A DNA stretch of 63,999 bases, counting the filler, from Perkinsus olseni (lineage: Eukaryota), in the NCBI GenBank assembly GCA_013115125.1. It is 16 parts of 16 records of this genome, joined end to end, with 100 filler letters (N's around TTAATTAATTAA, not from the genome) between each part and the next. Parts side by side here need not be neighbours in the genome. Positions count along the whole stretch, not along the records: positions 53,035 to 56,953 come from JABANN010001335.1; positions 57,054 to 60,966 come from JABANN010001336.1; positions 61,067 to 63,999 come from JABANN010001474.1; 13 more parts are not named here. One strand, 5' to 3'. Made by a program: the position numbers and the translations under genes. The notes below the pieces were generated by a model. The model did not search any database. It was not told the origin of the DNA and saw nothing but the letters and a program-made list of their open reading frames with translations. Each line of letters starts with the position of its first letter. The stretch's first letter is position 1. Below are positions 53,035 to 63,999 of the stretch, in pieces.

Positions 53035-53503
53035 TAGGATGGGAAACACCTTCGCCTTGAATACAATGTGTGCAATCCGTTAGAGTCAGGCCTGCACTCG
53101 GTGACTGGTCGATGTAACAGTAGTCATCATTGCAAGATACTCCATCGTGACTGAAGCAGGATAGATCCACTAAGACGTCTAGGTTGTACTGAATACGATG
53201 AACAGCTCCTGACAGCAGCTCCGCTGTATGCTTGATCTAGGGCGAGGTTAGAAAGGAGGAGGGGGATGAAGATGAGCAGCGCCACACCTGAGGGAGAAGC
53301 CATGGGTGGTCAAGAAGCCCCAAGCAACGACCTCGGGGCATACCGACAACAAGATGATCCAACTGACCTCCTATAGCAGAATTGCCGGCATCGTAAAGAT
53401 ACCAGGCTAATCGCTCTTTAGAGAAGAGCTTCCCACAAAGAGACGTATCCTCCGTACACGAGGTCTCGTCAGTCACTGCCGGAGTCGAGTCCGTCCCAGA
53501 CAT
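53035..53503 (-). CDS. Atg22/UMF1-like MFS transporter, 5' part, apparent frameshift in exon 2
   Basis: KERLAWYLYDAGNSAIGG|VALLIFIPLLL; frame closes near 53130 while a Cys-rich reading continues in another frame from ~53195. Confidence 0.7.
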
Positions 53504-54285
53504 GGTTGAACAGTAGGCTTCCAAAATTCTAGAACCATGACAGCCTTTTCACAGAGGAAGACGATGACGATGATTCACGAAGATCACAGAGATGAATTTC
53601 CGCGCGGAGCAGCCTACCAGGCTTTTCTGCGACGAGACAGAATAAAGGGAACAGTTATAACGTGATCGAAAACGCCTGCGCCGCAAGAACCGGATGGTGG
53701 CTCTATCAAAAGGGGGTGGTGAGTCAGGTACCGGACTCAAGAGTTCGAGGCAGGAGGAAGTCCATAAGTCATGGAGTCCATAGCGTCGACTGCACGCATG
53801 CACTCGCAGACAGAAAAGAGCTACCGCAGAGAGAGAATCTGGGACAGATGATATGCAGGAAAGACGATGTCTCCTAGGAGGGTCCTAACGATAGTCTGAT
53901 GGCTGAGTACAGCGGAGCATGTGATTAGTGAAGTGTAGCGCAAACAGCCTTTTTGCACTTGCATGCTGTGGTGGAATCGTTGGGGCCCTCTTTACTCGGC
54001 CTCTCGACTCCCTATGTCGCGTTCCGAAGATAGAACTGAGAAGAGAAGACTACACATGAAGACACAGAGGTTGGAAACTTCACGGTATCTATGACTGTGT
54101 TGAATCTAGTTCGTGAGATTCATTAAACGTGTGCAACCGAATCGGACGACGAACCTACCACACATGACCCTTGAAGTGTCCGACGCCGAAACGCAGGGTC
54201 CGCGTCGGACAGACCAAAATCGCTCACTCTAAAGGGTGTTTCACTGCGGTACGAGTGACTTCAAGCGTGTTTCCGCAAACAAGAA

Positions 54286-54744
54286 ATGAACTTGACGATG
54301 AGAATCGGGCCAGGCAGGCTCGATATCATAGGAGATGCGACGCAAGAGTTTGATAGATTCTCGAGGTGTGCAGCCAGAGTTGTAACGCGAAACGACTTCT
54401 TAGCGGAGCGGAGGGGTCCGCTTGCGGAGACACGCTCAAAGTCACTCACAGACCGCAGGGAAACACCCCTTACATGTCACGCTCCCATGAATGGTACAAT
54501 ATAGGAGACTCGGTCCATTCGTGAATGGAACACGTATCCAGGGCCCTCTGAGATGTCCTTCATACTCTCTGTGACCTACAAGATGCTGTTGAAGTTGGAA
54601 AGAATCTTACGGAGCATCTCTCGTCGGCGACTTGTCCCGGTATCATCCTCTGGAGATAGGGTTTTCCGAGCTGGAGTAACACCTCGTCTAACAGTGTATT
54701 TGAAGTACCACCCTCCGGCTCTTGAGAGCCCGAGGGATGGATGA
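54286..54744 (+). mobile_element. Possible decayed Penelope-like RT C-terminal fragment
   Basis: Weak motif order only: IIGDATQEFDRF...DFL...KSLTDRR...CH, then LTVYLKYHP. Confidence 0.25.
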
Positions 54745-56232
54745 TGCATCGTAGATTCAATCGAACGCTCGATCCTACCAACTACCGCGTCAGCTCTCCA
54801 AGGTTAGACGTCTCCAGTCCGCAGGACAGAGTAGATAATGAAGGATATAGTGATGCAGAGATAAGCAAGCCATGGGGAGACTCCATATTATGGCCTGTTA
54901 CGATCGTCCGCTAAGCGTTGAGTGTATGTCAAAGTGCTGAGCAATGAGCAAATTGAAGATCACAAACAGAAGGATAAGGACATCTACATTATCTCAAGAT
55001 GAAGTCTCAGGCCAGAAACTGCCTGGATTGAGCGCTGGATGACATACTGAACGCATCGGAGAATTGGGAGCGCCTTCAATGTAGCTAGTCGTGAATGTCT
55101 TGACGCAGCTTCTGATATGGCCTCCCTTACCAAGTGTCGAGCTTCGTATAGAGGCTCGGCTTCGACCTAGCTGTCTTCCTATAGCTGTCCCTAGATGTGG
55201 AAATAGGACACCAGAGACCGCCACCCTCAGTCTGTACGTGACATGGAGTCTGTCAGCTTGTGGTGTACTACTGAGCAGTGGTGGTAGACACCGACCGTCG
55301 TCCGGCTCTGACAGTGAAGACTTAAGAAATCTTGTCATGAAGCGGACTTTAAAGCGGGAGATCCACCACCTACTGTTCCTACTCCCAACCCTCTGCGTCA
55401 TAGGAATTTCATGCTGAATGGTTCCCAGTCTCAAAAGTACGCCACCTGACATGCCACGCCCGGTTCAACCGTATCGAAGCATTATCTACTAGATACTACA
55501 GTAGATAATATCTACCACTGAGACAGCCTGCTCCGCTCACTTGAAGCAGCGGAGTACGTGCAGGGGCCAGCAGCGAGAAATGGATCAGACTCTTCCGCAG
55601 AAGTGGCAGCTCATCCTGGTACACCATGACGAGGATAAGTCACTGATGCCTAAGGCTCAACATGCCATTCCCTCGGCATCGAGCTATCTAGTTGGCCACT
55701 TTGGACCTGGATCACCAATCTACGCAATACAGGTGGATACTCACAAAAATGGTAATAGATAATGAAAATAGGAAGGTTGGAGCGAAAATCTACAGTACAT
55801 CGACACTCACCTAGCATATGGGCAACTTCTTCCTTCTCTCGTGTAAGACACCATGGTGCTAGGAGGACAACCTTCAGCTAATTGCAGATGGTTGTACTTC
55901 ATAAAGTGAATGAGCCGTACTATAAACCACAGTAGAGTGTGCTTCTCGCCGGCGGTAACACGCTTAAGTCACTCACACCGGCGTAAAATACCCTTTAACA
56001 TGTCCACGTCAATCACAGCCTCGCTTTCTTGCTCTGGAGCCTGATTCGGGGGACGGATCCCAGTCGACAACTCAATACCGGTAAGATCTACGATAACGAA
56101 GTGGCTGCGAACGGCGTGGTTGATAACGAAGCGGATGAATAACGAGTGGACTATAACGGAGCGAATGAGAACGACTGTACCATTATGATCGTGACAACTG
56201 CGGCCGGGGACGATGACTCGGTGATCATGTCC

Positions 56233-56952
56233 TCAGGGATCGGGTAGTCTATCACTGGGCAGGGAGGGGGCTTTGCCCTGACTCTGTCGGTCAGCCCTGT
56301 CCGACATCCCCATGGGAGTCTCAACTAGCAACCTGCCGACATCAATCATACCTTGATCATGATCGACGAAGAAGGCCAACCCTAGTGAAGGGAGAACTAT
56401 CATGATGAACAGGTAGACGAAACCGCCCCTTAGAGAGCCGGTGGTATTTCTGATAATACCCACAACCAACGGCCCTAGCCAGCTAGAGCCTCTGTCGGTT
56501 ATGGCGTAGAGGGAGAAGAACTCAGTTTCCCTCCCGGGGATGGTCAAATCAGCGAACAAAGCTCGCTGGAACGACTGCGCCGCCCCAATGTGAAAGCCAA
56601 ATATAGCGGCGTAAGTGTACATCTCAGGGCTTGACCGGAAGCCGAGCGGTAGATTGGGGATGAGACTGAGGCATCCGTAGAAGTTGAGTAAGGCAAACAC
56701 AGCGAGATTTATCAATAGGACGGTCTTAGTCCGTAGATCTAATCTCTTCTTGACCCAGACATAAAAATAGTTACCAAGCACTGCAGCCACCCAAAGCGTA
56801 ATGACCAAAATACCTTGTTGGACAAAGCCGAAGCATAAAGCTTCTTGTGCGAATAGTACACCGATGTACGTCATAGTAGACAGCGCATCGCTGTAGAAGA
56901 AATAACAGATTAGGAAAATACCCGTGTTGCGGTAACGAACTGCATCACGCAA
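56233..56952 (-). CDS. ATG22: Atg22/UMF1-like MFS transporter, C-terminal half, 5'-partial
   Basis: FLICYFFYSDALST, GAAQSFQRALFADLTIPGRETEFFSLYAITDRGSSWLGPLVVG, about six hydrophobic helices. Confidence 0.88.
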   Translation of the reverse strand: MRDAVRYRNTGIFLICYFFYSDALSTMTYIGVLFAQEALCFGFVQQGILVITLWVAAVLGNYFYVWVKKRLDLRTKTVLLINLAVFALLNFYGCLSLIPNLPLGFRSSPEMYTYAAIFGFHIGAAQSFQRALFADLTIPGRETEFFSLYAITDRGSSWLGPLVVGIIRNTTGSLRGGFVYLFIMIVLPSLGLAFFVDHDQGMIDVGRLLVETPMGMSDRADRQSQGKAPSLPSDRLPDP

Positions 56953-57053
56953 ANNNNNNNNNNNNNNNNNNNNNNNNNNNNNNNNNNNNNNNNNNNNTTA
57001 ATTAATTAANNNNNNNNNNNNNNNNNNNNNNNNNNNNNNNNNNNNNNNNNNNN

Positions 57054-57311
57054 GATGATACCAGTGGTACTGTTATACTGGTAGGGGATACCGGTTACCA
57101 GCGGCCCACGGATTCTCTTAGACCCGCACTTGGAACCGTAATACGAAGTGAGATTGTAGGTCATGTGAGTAGCATTAACAAAGGATAGACGGACCTCCAA
57201 GCCACCAACCAACAGGCTACCGAAGTAGCAATAGTCCTTCCCAACCGGACTGTTGCGGGCGGAGAAAACCAAGCCGAGGATGACGAAGATGAAGGAAGCT
57301 AGCCTGGGCAT
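57054..57311 (-). CDS. Secreted protein, lineage-specific family, 3'-truncated by scaffold end
   Basis: Signal peptide then SPVGKDYCYFG...RLSFVNATHMT...GIPYQYNST; paralogue of 58622-59092. Confidence 0.85.
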
Positions 57312-58621
57312 TGAGAGCTTAGTATGAACGACTGAGAGAAAACTGTAAGGGGTGGAGTGTAAGTGGACCAGCGCCTACGATTGGTCCAATCGGATTAGTC
57401 CAATCCAGCTCCCCAGCATGGGAGCTGGGGGAAAGAATGCGCGACGTCATCAGCGTGACACCGGCCACGTCTCAGGGAAGTCGGTGGAGCATCTGTCCCT
57501 GTAGGGATTCACAGCTGCTGCCCAAGTTAATTCAACCGTGGGAAGCGGTAGTAATGAGAGGTAAAAAGCGGGAGCTTCTCACGGGAGAAGCGGGGCGTTG
57601 CCGAAATTTGGTTTGGTCCAAATTTCTGCTGCCCCTGACCCTAACTGAGGCCCAGGAAGGTTCCAAGCCATGGCTTCACCTATGAGAGTCCTACGGTGAC
57701 GGCAGTTCACAGTTGTAGGCCCGAGGAATGTTCGGGGGCTAGGGAAGCTAGGAGAGTAACTCGAAGCGAACGTTGATTACACCTCTGCAGCATCAGCGGG
57801 ACAACAACGAAAATACGTTTTGTCGATTATCATATGACCCGTCGATGGCTTCTTCTGATGCGGAATCTTCGAAGTCCTTAAATACGAAGATCGGAGGGTG
57901 GTAACTCGTTACTGAAGCTAGTGATGGCATGCTGTTGTGGGTGAGAGCTGACTGTGCCCGGGCATGTGAGATCATGGGTTATGTACGAATGGCAACATCA
58001 CACACGGGACCATCGAGAAGAATCGTCAAAGACACCTAGTGAAAAGTTTGCAGTGACTTCCACAGCATGGGCTGTGCTGCATAACAGGCTATTATGAATA
58101 ACGTTGTACTATGGGGCAGCCATGGTCCTTCAGTTCCCTCTCACCTGCAAAATGTATTCTTGGTGACATCCTCACTCACTCAAGTGTAGACGTCGTCGTC
58201 GCTCCGAGCTGACCATCTCAAGTTGGAAAGTTTTAAGAGTGTCTTCAGAACTTCCGTCTTGCCATATATCCGTTTCGAAGATGTAAGCCGAAGAGGAAGG
58301 TGTTGGGGGTAAAAGCCCAACAGGTCGCATGCGTCCCCCCACGGACGAAATTGCCCCATCCTGGAGCCTGTTAACTGTGAGGACCAAGATAATTCTGAGT
58401 CGAGCTGCGACTGCCAAGTCCACGTCCCTATCCGGACTAGTGCTCGAGTTGCCTGCCGATATTGACTGAACGCAAACCTCGTCTTAGCGGACGTGCCTTA
58501 CGACTGAAGCTGCTGGGCACCGCTCATTCAGTCGAGCGATCGGATCGAACCAGGATAAAAAAGAGTTAAAAGCCGAGTAAAAAGTCCGTAACAAAAATCT
58601 AATGCAGTACATGTATCTTGC

Positions 58622-59092
58622 TTAGCATCTCCGGAAGGTTCGCGCCCTTCGCCTGGAAATAACCGGTCCTCTTTTAACCTTCATTTTCACTTCATCCACC
58701 GAGCTATTATACTCCATGCGGCGAAAGTCCTCAGCCTTGACGTGATTGATGAAAGGGTACCAGCGATAAGCCCTCAACTCCTTAGCCCTGCTGCTGCTGC
58801 TGCTGCCGACGTCGGCGTCGATAATGCCGGAGGTGCTGTTGTATTGGTAAGGGATACCGGGTACCACTGGTCCTCGCATGCTCTTGACGTTGCGCTTGGA
58901 GCCAGACTCAGAACCAAAGTACGAAGTGAAGCTGAAGGTCATGTGGGTAGCATTGACGAAGGATAGGCGGAACTCTTCGGTCACGGCAAACATCAGGTTA
59001 CCAAAATAGCAGTAGTTCTTCCCAACCGGACTACTGTGGCCGCACAACAGCAAACCTAGAACGAAGGTGATGATGGAACCTAGCTTGGACAT
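58622..59092 (-). CDS. Secreted protein, 156 aa, intronless tandem paralogue
   Basis: Signal peptide then SPVGKNYCYFG...RLSFVNATHMT...GIPYQYNST; several N-x-S/T sequons. Confidence 0.85.
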   Translation of the reverse strand: MSKLGSIITFVLGLLLCGHSSPVGKNYCYFGNLMFAVTEEFRLSFVNATHMTFSFTSYFGSESGSKRNVKSMRGPVVPGIPYQYNSTSGIIDADVGSSSSSRAKELRAYRWYPFINHVKAEDFRRMEYNSSVDEVKMKVKRGPVISRRRARTFRRC

Positions 59093-59928
59093 TGGCGGAT
59101 TGGGGTGGCGGAAGAGAGTAAACTGTATGAGATAACAATATGACTATCACGCTGAAGGGGTGTAGTAGAGGAAGGAAAGCTGCAGGATCAAAGCTGCGAG
59201 CCATCATCGAACGGATTTGCAGAAGGAGAGCTGCACTGAGAGTCACGAGGGGAAACAACGCGTCACGTCACGTGACCCACGCAATGGCTGTGACATAGGT
59301 AGCGGCACAATTGGAGTCGCCCTCGCGCCTGGCTTGGGAGGAAACCCTCGAGTACGAATGAAACTGTTGCTTGCAACGAAAGATAGACGCATCGCCGAGA
59401 ACCAGACCGGCATAAGGCATAGCCATGGAACCTGTCCGGGCATACAGCCCGTCCAACCCAAAATTAGAGAGTAACAGCAGGAAGAATCGTTCCTCCCGCC
59501 GTGATCCCTTCTTCATTGCGCCTGAAGCAGCGGCTTGACGATCCACAGTGTAGAGCGATAGCCACCTGTCAGAAAGAGAGAAGGACACTATGACACGGCG
59601 AGGAAACTACGCAGCCGGGACTAGATTGATACACGAAATGCTTCAAGCCTTAGACCCAACCCGAGTCTTGGTAGGGAAATTCACAAGGATGCCTGGGCCG
59701 GTGTGCGGATCCAGATCATGATCCGGGAGCAATATTGATCCGCCGCCCTGAACCAGATCACATCAAGATCCGTGAGCTATTATCCAAGATTAAACCGGCA
59801 ACTCACACAACCCCACTTCTCTTATCACCACAACGAGAGGGTCTAGGAATACATGGTAATGTTGCTGGGAGAAGGGTCTGGCAATCAGGAGCTGACGATA
59901 CTCACGAGCTATCTTCGTTTTAAGCTCC

Positions 59929-60966
59929 TCACCGCTCGTCAGATGGCCAGCGGCCGTCCAGTGAGTCACTGTATGGTGAGCTCATCACCGATACGTACTC
60001 ACTCTCCGGCGAAAGGTCCACATCATCAGACTCTCCACCGCCTTCCTCGGGCGGTCGTCCTGGGGTGCTGTGCCAGGCACTATCACACACCGGAGCCGGA
60101 CAGCCTGCCGTGGGCGCCTGGTCGGCACCTATCCGATGAGGCTTTCTCTCGCGGTCGATGCTGCCATAATCATCTGGTGCGGCTTCATGATGACCTGCTA
60201 CATTTTCCATGCCACACCGCTGTTGGGGAGCAACCTCCACCTCCTCTCTCCAAGCCTCAGAGATCGGAACGCTTCCTCCGTCATTCATGCCCAGCTGCCA
60301 TGAATCCCGCTGTGAACCCCACTGCCTTCCATGGCTGGGGCTAGATACACTAGCGTCCTGAACAGTCGATCGTCGCCTCACAACGCTTCCATCGTTCCCA
60401 ACAGAATATGAGTCCCGCCGATTCTGTTGGGCTCGATCAAGACCGTTACCGATGGCAGGAGGCAAGTATATCGAACAGGGTATGAGTTCAATGCCGTCGG
60501 GGACGTCCGGCACGAAGGTGATGTCCCTCCAACCGCCCGCTGGTATGAATATAGTGTGCTCTACGTAGCCCTCCAATCGTGCTCCCATAGGGGCGAATAC
60601 CACCCGTGTCGGTGCCGGCGGTTGTGCAGCAGGCACGGACTCAACGCTCGGAGCTGGAGGGGGCTTCACCTCGAACGGATCCTCCCATTCATTCTCGGGG
60701 TTACGTGACCGGAAGGAGCTTGCAGCCTCGTGCAGTTCCTTTTTGAACTGCTGATAACCATCGGTACGATAATCTGATGCTTGCCGCCTCTGGCGAGGAG
60801 AGAGCTTCCACGTAGAGTGAATCCGTGACGCTCGAGCCTGCCAATCGAATGGAGCACTGAAAGGAAATGATGCACTGACAAGAAGACTAGTACACGAAGA
60901 ACTCACCCAAAATCGGTGGTTCCAGCACCGTACTGCCGAGGAGTCTCTTTGGTATCCACACGCCCC
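59929..60966 (-). CDS. Hypothetical protein, 5'-partial, long exon with Pro/acidic low complexity
   Basis: 325-codon ORF whose first codons look like an intron (GTGAGT at 60906 ... GGCAG at ~60838). Confidence 0.55.
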   Translation of the reverse strand, partial: GACGYQRDSSAVRCWNHRFWVSSSCTSLLVSASFPFSAPFDWQARASRIHSTWKLSPRQRRQASDYRTDGYQQFKKELHEAASSFRSRNPENEWEDPFEVKPPPAPSVESVPAAQPPAPTRVVFAPMGARLEGYVEHTIFIPAGGWRDITFVPDVPDGIELIPCSIYLPPAIGNGLDRAQQNRRDSYSVGNDGSVVRRRSTVQDASVSSPSHGRQWGSQRDSWQLGMNDGGSVPISEAWREEVEVAPQQRCGMENVAGHHEAAPDDYGSIDRERKPHRIGADQAPTAGCPAPVCDSAWHSTPGRPPEEGGGESDDVDLSPESEYVSVMSSPYSDSLDGRWPSDER

Positions 60967-61099
60967 NNNNNNNNNNNNNNNNNNNNNNNNNNNNNNNNNN
61001 NNNNNNNNNNTTAATTAATTAANNNNNNNNNNNNNNNNNNNNNNNNNNNNNNNNNNNNNNNNNNNNACAAGCGGTATCAAAAGTGAAGTTGGCTTAAAC

Positions 61100-61500
61100 A
61101 TCGGAAATCGTTGGGAAAGGACAGTATGTCAACTGCGAGAAGGAAATTCAACCAGTTGGGCAGAACCAGGTTGAGATTGACTATTTTCTCTCTTCCGATG
61201 GGCTCGTAGTTCGTCTACCCGGTAGACTCTACCGGCTCGATTCTGTCCCCTTAAACACAACCTCAGCTTGCGGAGAAATGAGCGTTCATTAGGATGGCAG
61301 CGTTCAATCAAAAGTTTTAACATCAAGTGTAATGATTCAGCCGCATCGTTCTTGCGATGAAGCTCACGAACGCAGAGCAATAAAGTTTATTGAATGAACT
61401 GGTGGGCGAGTCGAGTTGCTCAGCATGGCGCACTCCACGAGCTCCGCCACGTTCCCCAGGCCGTCATTCATGGCCCATGTATCATGGGCCAAAATACAGT
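61100..61500 (+). mobile_element. Possible decayed DIRS-like RT/RNase H junction
   Basis: VNCEKEIQPVGQNQVEIDYFLSSDGLVVRLP resembles NxxKS...LG...D...V.LP; followed by NWWASRV...G; frameshifted. Confidence 0.3.
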
Positions 61501-62894
61501 CACTGTGAAATCCAGTAGGCAAGGCGATTTCTGCAAACGTAACTCCAAGATGACGCTTCCTCCACGAGTACGGCGCGAGATCGAAACACGTATCCAGAAT
61601 GTCAAGCCCCAGAGAGTGGTGGCAGAGGTAATACGGTGCACTAGTCGTGTATCCTTGGGGGATGTACGGGTTTCAGAGCGTCCTCATGCCAAGGCATGCT
61701 CGGGGGAAGCTCAACCGCTACAGCTTCGCCAGCGGCTGGCGGCCAGCCGGTAACGCTGTCGAGTGGTAAGACTGACTGGAATTATCCTACATCTGAGAAG
61801 AAAGAATGATTAGTGCGGGTTTGCTTCCCGCTTGCCCAGTTTTCCCTCCCGCCTTGGTAAGGCGGCCTTGCCCAAACTTCTCTCCTCTTCCGCCAAAATT
61901 TTCCTCCCACGCGCCCAAATTGCGCCAGCTCGGCAGCTCTGTTCTTGGGCTGGCGACTCAGATCCCGGGATCGAAGTGAGCGAGCGACGGCGTTGCGGGT
62001 CCAATCCGAGATCGGCAATACTGTTTAAGCCTTGGGTTGGGCGACAAGTGAGGCGGGCGACGGCCCACCCACTCGTGAGCTCGTGTAAGAAGCCGTCGCC
62101 CACATGAACTCCGCCCAGTGCCTGACGCCTTCACACGAAGGCCCTTAGTGAGAAACTTTAAAAAGAACCAGCCCATAGCATATGACTTACAGTGCAAGTC
62201 TTACACGCACCGTGAGAAAGAAGCCACTCATCGATGATGATGACTCATCATTGATGAGTCAACATCACCACACGCTGCAAGGTTCCACTAGGGTCATGTG
62301 ACACGCTGTGAGCGCATACGCCACCGGCCGCCCGACGCCGACCGGACAACCACTGTTCGACGAGCGCAGTGAGAATTTCTGCATTTCAAGCCAAAACAAA
62401 ATGGCCCCAGTTACTTAGAGAGCCCACCTGACTCCCGGCCTGACAACCTGGCATCAGTGATTAAAAAGGCTGCAGGTATCATATCAAATCTATCGATCAC
62501 TCAAACACTGATATCCACTAGACAGTAAACTAAACATGCACTAAACATGCATTCAACGGTGCATTCTGATGCACGAGATCAACGCTCACCACGGAGGTGC
62601 ATCAAGCGGTAATTTATCCTCCTAGGGCGGCGCAGTATCATACCGTGAGTACCGCGCCGAACGCGGGTCTGCGAGAGTACTAGGAATCCTGGTCCAGGAT
62701 TGATGGATAATCCAGCCTGGATTACGACAGTACGACCCAACTCATCATTCGGAGCAGTTGGTCTCGTCTCGACTCGCGAAAAGCTAGGAGACTGGTCGGG
62801 GGACAGACGAAAAACGCGAGCGAGCGAGATCTGCTGCAAATCATTTGCATCCTTGACAAATCAGTAAGTTTCTTGAGAATATGAGTTTACCCGC

Positions 62895-63720
62895 CTAGGG
62901 CCGTATGCGGATACTGATTCGAGGGGTGAGTCAGATTTTTTACGCAGAGAAGAAATCAGTGTGCTTTTTTACATCGTGTATCACAGCGTATTACTCACTG
63001 TGACAGTAATAGTAATGTGAGTGAGTAATACGCCGTGATTCAGTGATTTCTTACTCCAGAGTACTGCACGAAATCAGAATCTTTCGAGCTCGAGTTGAAT
63101 CTCGACCGTGATAATCACGGCGTGATTCAAAAGTTTGCTTGATTTTTACTCAGACTCTTCGCATCAGATTCTACCCTCATTCTACCCTAATGAGATAGTT
63201 GATTCACCGAATTGCTCGATCACTAATCACAAAAGTGAGTGTGTGTGGGCCTGTTGCCAGGTATTACATTCCTATAGGCCTATCGGCCTTAAACATACAA
63301 TAGCCGACTCTGAGCGATCGCGATTCGCGAGTGGGCCCGACAACCCCCTGCTACCAAGTAAGACGGATCGAGGGAGCAAACAACGACCGGCGAGGGAGGG
63401 AGAGATACCGTAGCGATAACCTCTGCAAGCAGCGTGATAATATCACGCTGCTTGCGGAGGTTATCACGGTGATACGTAGAGAACCGGTCGGCTACAGACG
63501 TTTCTCCTTTTTTCCTCAGAAAACCGGCTTTACTCTCCGGGCCCCCGGTACGAATCAAGCGAAAATAACGTGCTAAAAAGGAGATACTCACAACGTGAGT
63601 ATGATTCGGAATCATACGCTGAGTAAAAATATAATCCGGAATCTGCGGCGTTCTCGAGTCGAGTAAAATACTCACGAGTACGAGTTTTGAATCACAAGTT
63701 CGGTAGTATCCCAACTCACA
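62895..63720. repeat. MITE-like region with GATTC/GAATC and TACTC/GAGTA motifs and internal palindromes
   Basis: 14-bp stem GCGTATTACTCACT/AGTGAGTAATACGC (~62987-63033); 51-bp palindrome 63415-63465 with one mismatch; no clean TIR/TSD found. Confidence 0.5.
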
Positions 63721-63999
63721 CAGTTTAAACCCACTTTTAGGCTAGTTTTCTCATACAACTTCAAACTTGTACAATGTAACGGAAATAGCCTTGAGCAGAG
63801 CGTTGCTACCGAGAGCCTATGGATAATTCCTCTCCTTCCTCTACGAGAGGAAACGCTTCACCAACGACGCGATTGAATGCCCCTACGACGTCAGATGTGA
63901 GTGTCTCTCACTGACTGAGAACACGGTTACCCGGCTTGAAGAAGGGCATCAGTTTATTGGACTCCCTGGTTGCTTTAACACTTCACCGCCAATCTTCGT

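Overview
This is not one continuous locus. It is 16 unrelated ~4-kb scaffolds joined by an artificial 100-bp linker (44 N + TTAATTAATTAA + 44 N), sorted by decreasing length (4030 to 3913 bp for the complete ones). The DNA is eukaryotic with many short GT-AG introns; intron style and secreted-protein families suggest a Perkinsus-like alveolate (inference). Recognisable genes, mostly spliced by hand: an AGC kinase, a small Cys-rich secreted protein, a large NLR-like protein (APH-like kinase + NACHT + ankyrin + HD-like), an F-box/WD40 protein, WBP11, an HSD17B10-like dehydrogenase, an acylated triple-SH3 protein, a sphingomyelinase-like EEP hydrolase, two Atg22-like MFS transporters and several secreted proteins. 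Mobile DNA includes an intact 299-bp hAT-type MITE with an 8-bp TSD, Harbinger-like and MuDR-like ends shared between scaffolds, a DIRS-type tyrosine recombinase relic and decayed Penelope-like relics. Most interesting: the four-module NLR-like protein; a periodic hairpin array in a retroelement-like leader (18058-18760); an excess of palindromes centred on a single base; an 18-nt motif recurring in introns of two unrelated genes; and two covarying copies of a ~106-nt fold-back flanking the recombinase fragment. No database searches were run; all family calls rest on motifs read by eye.
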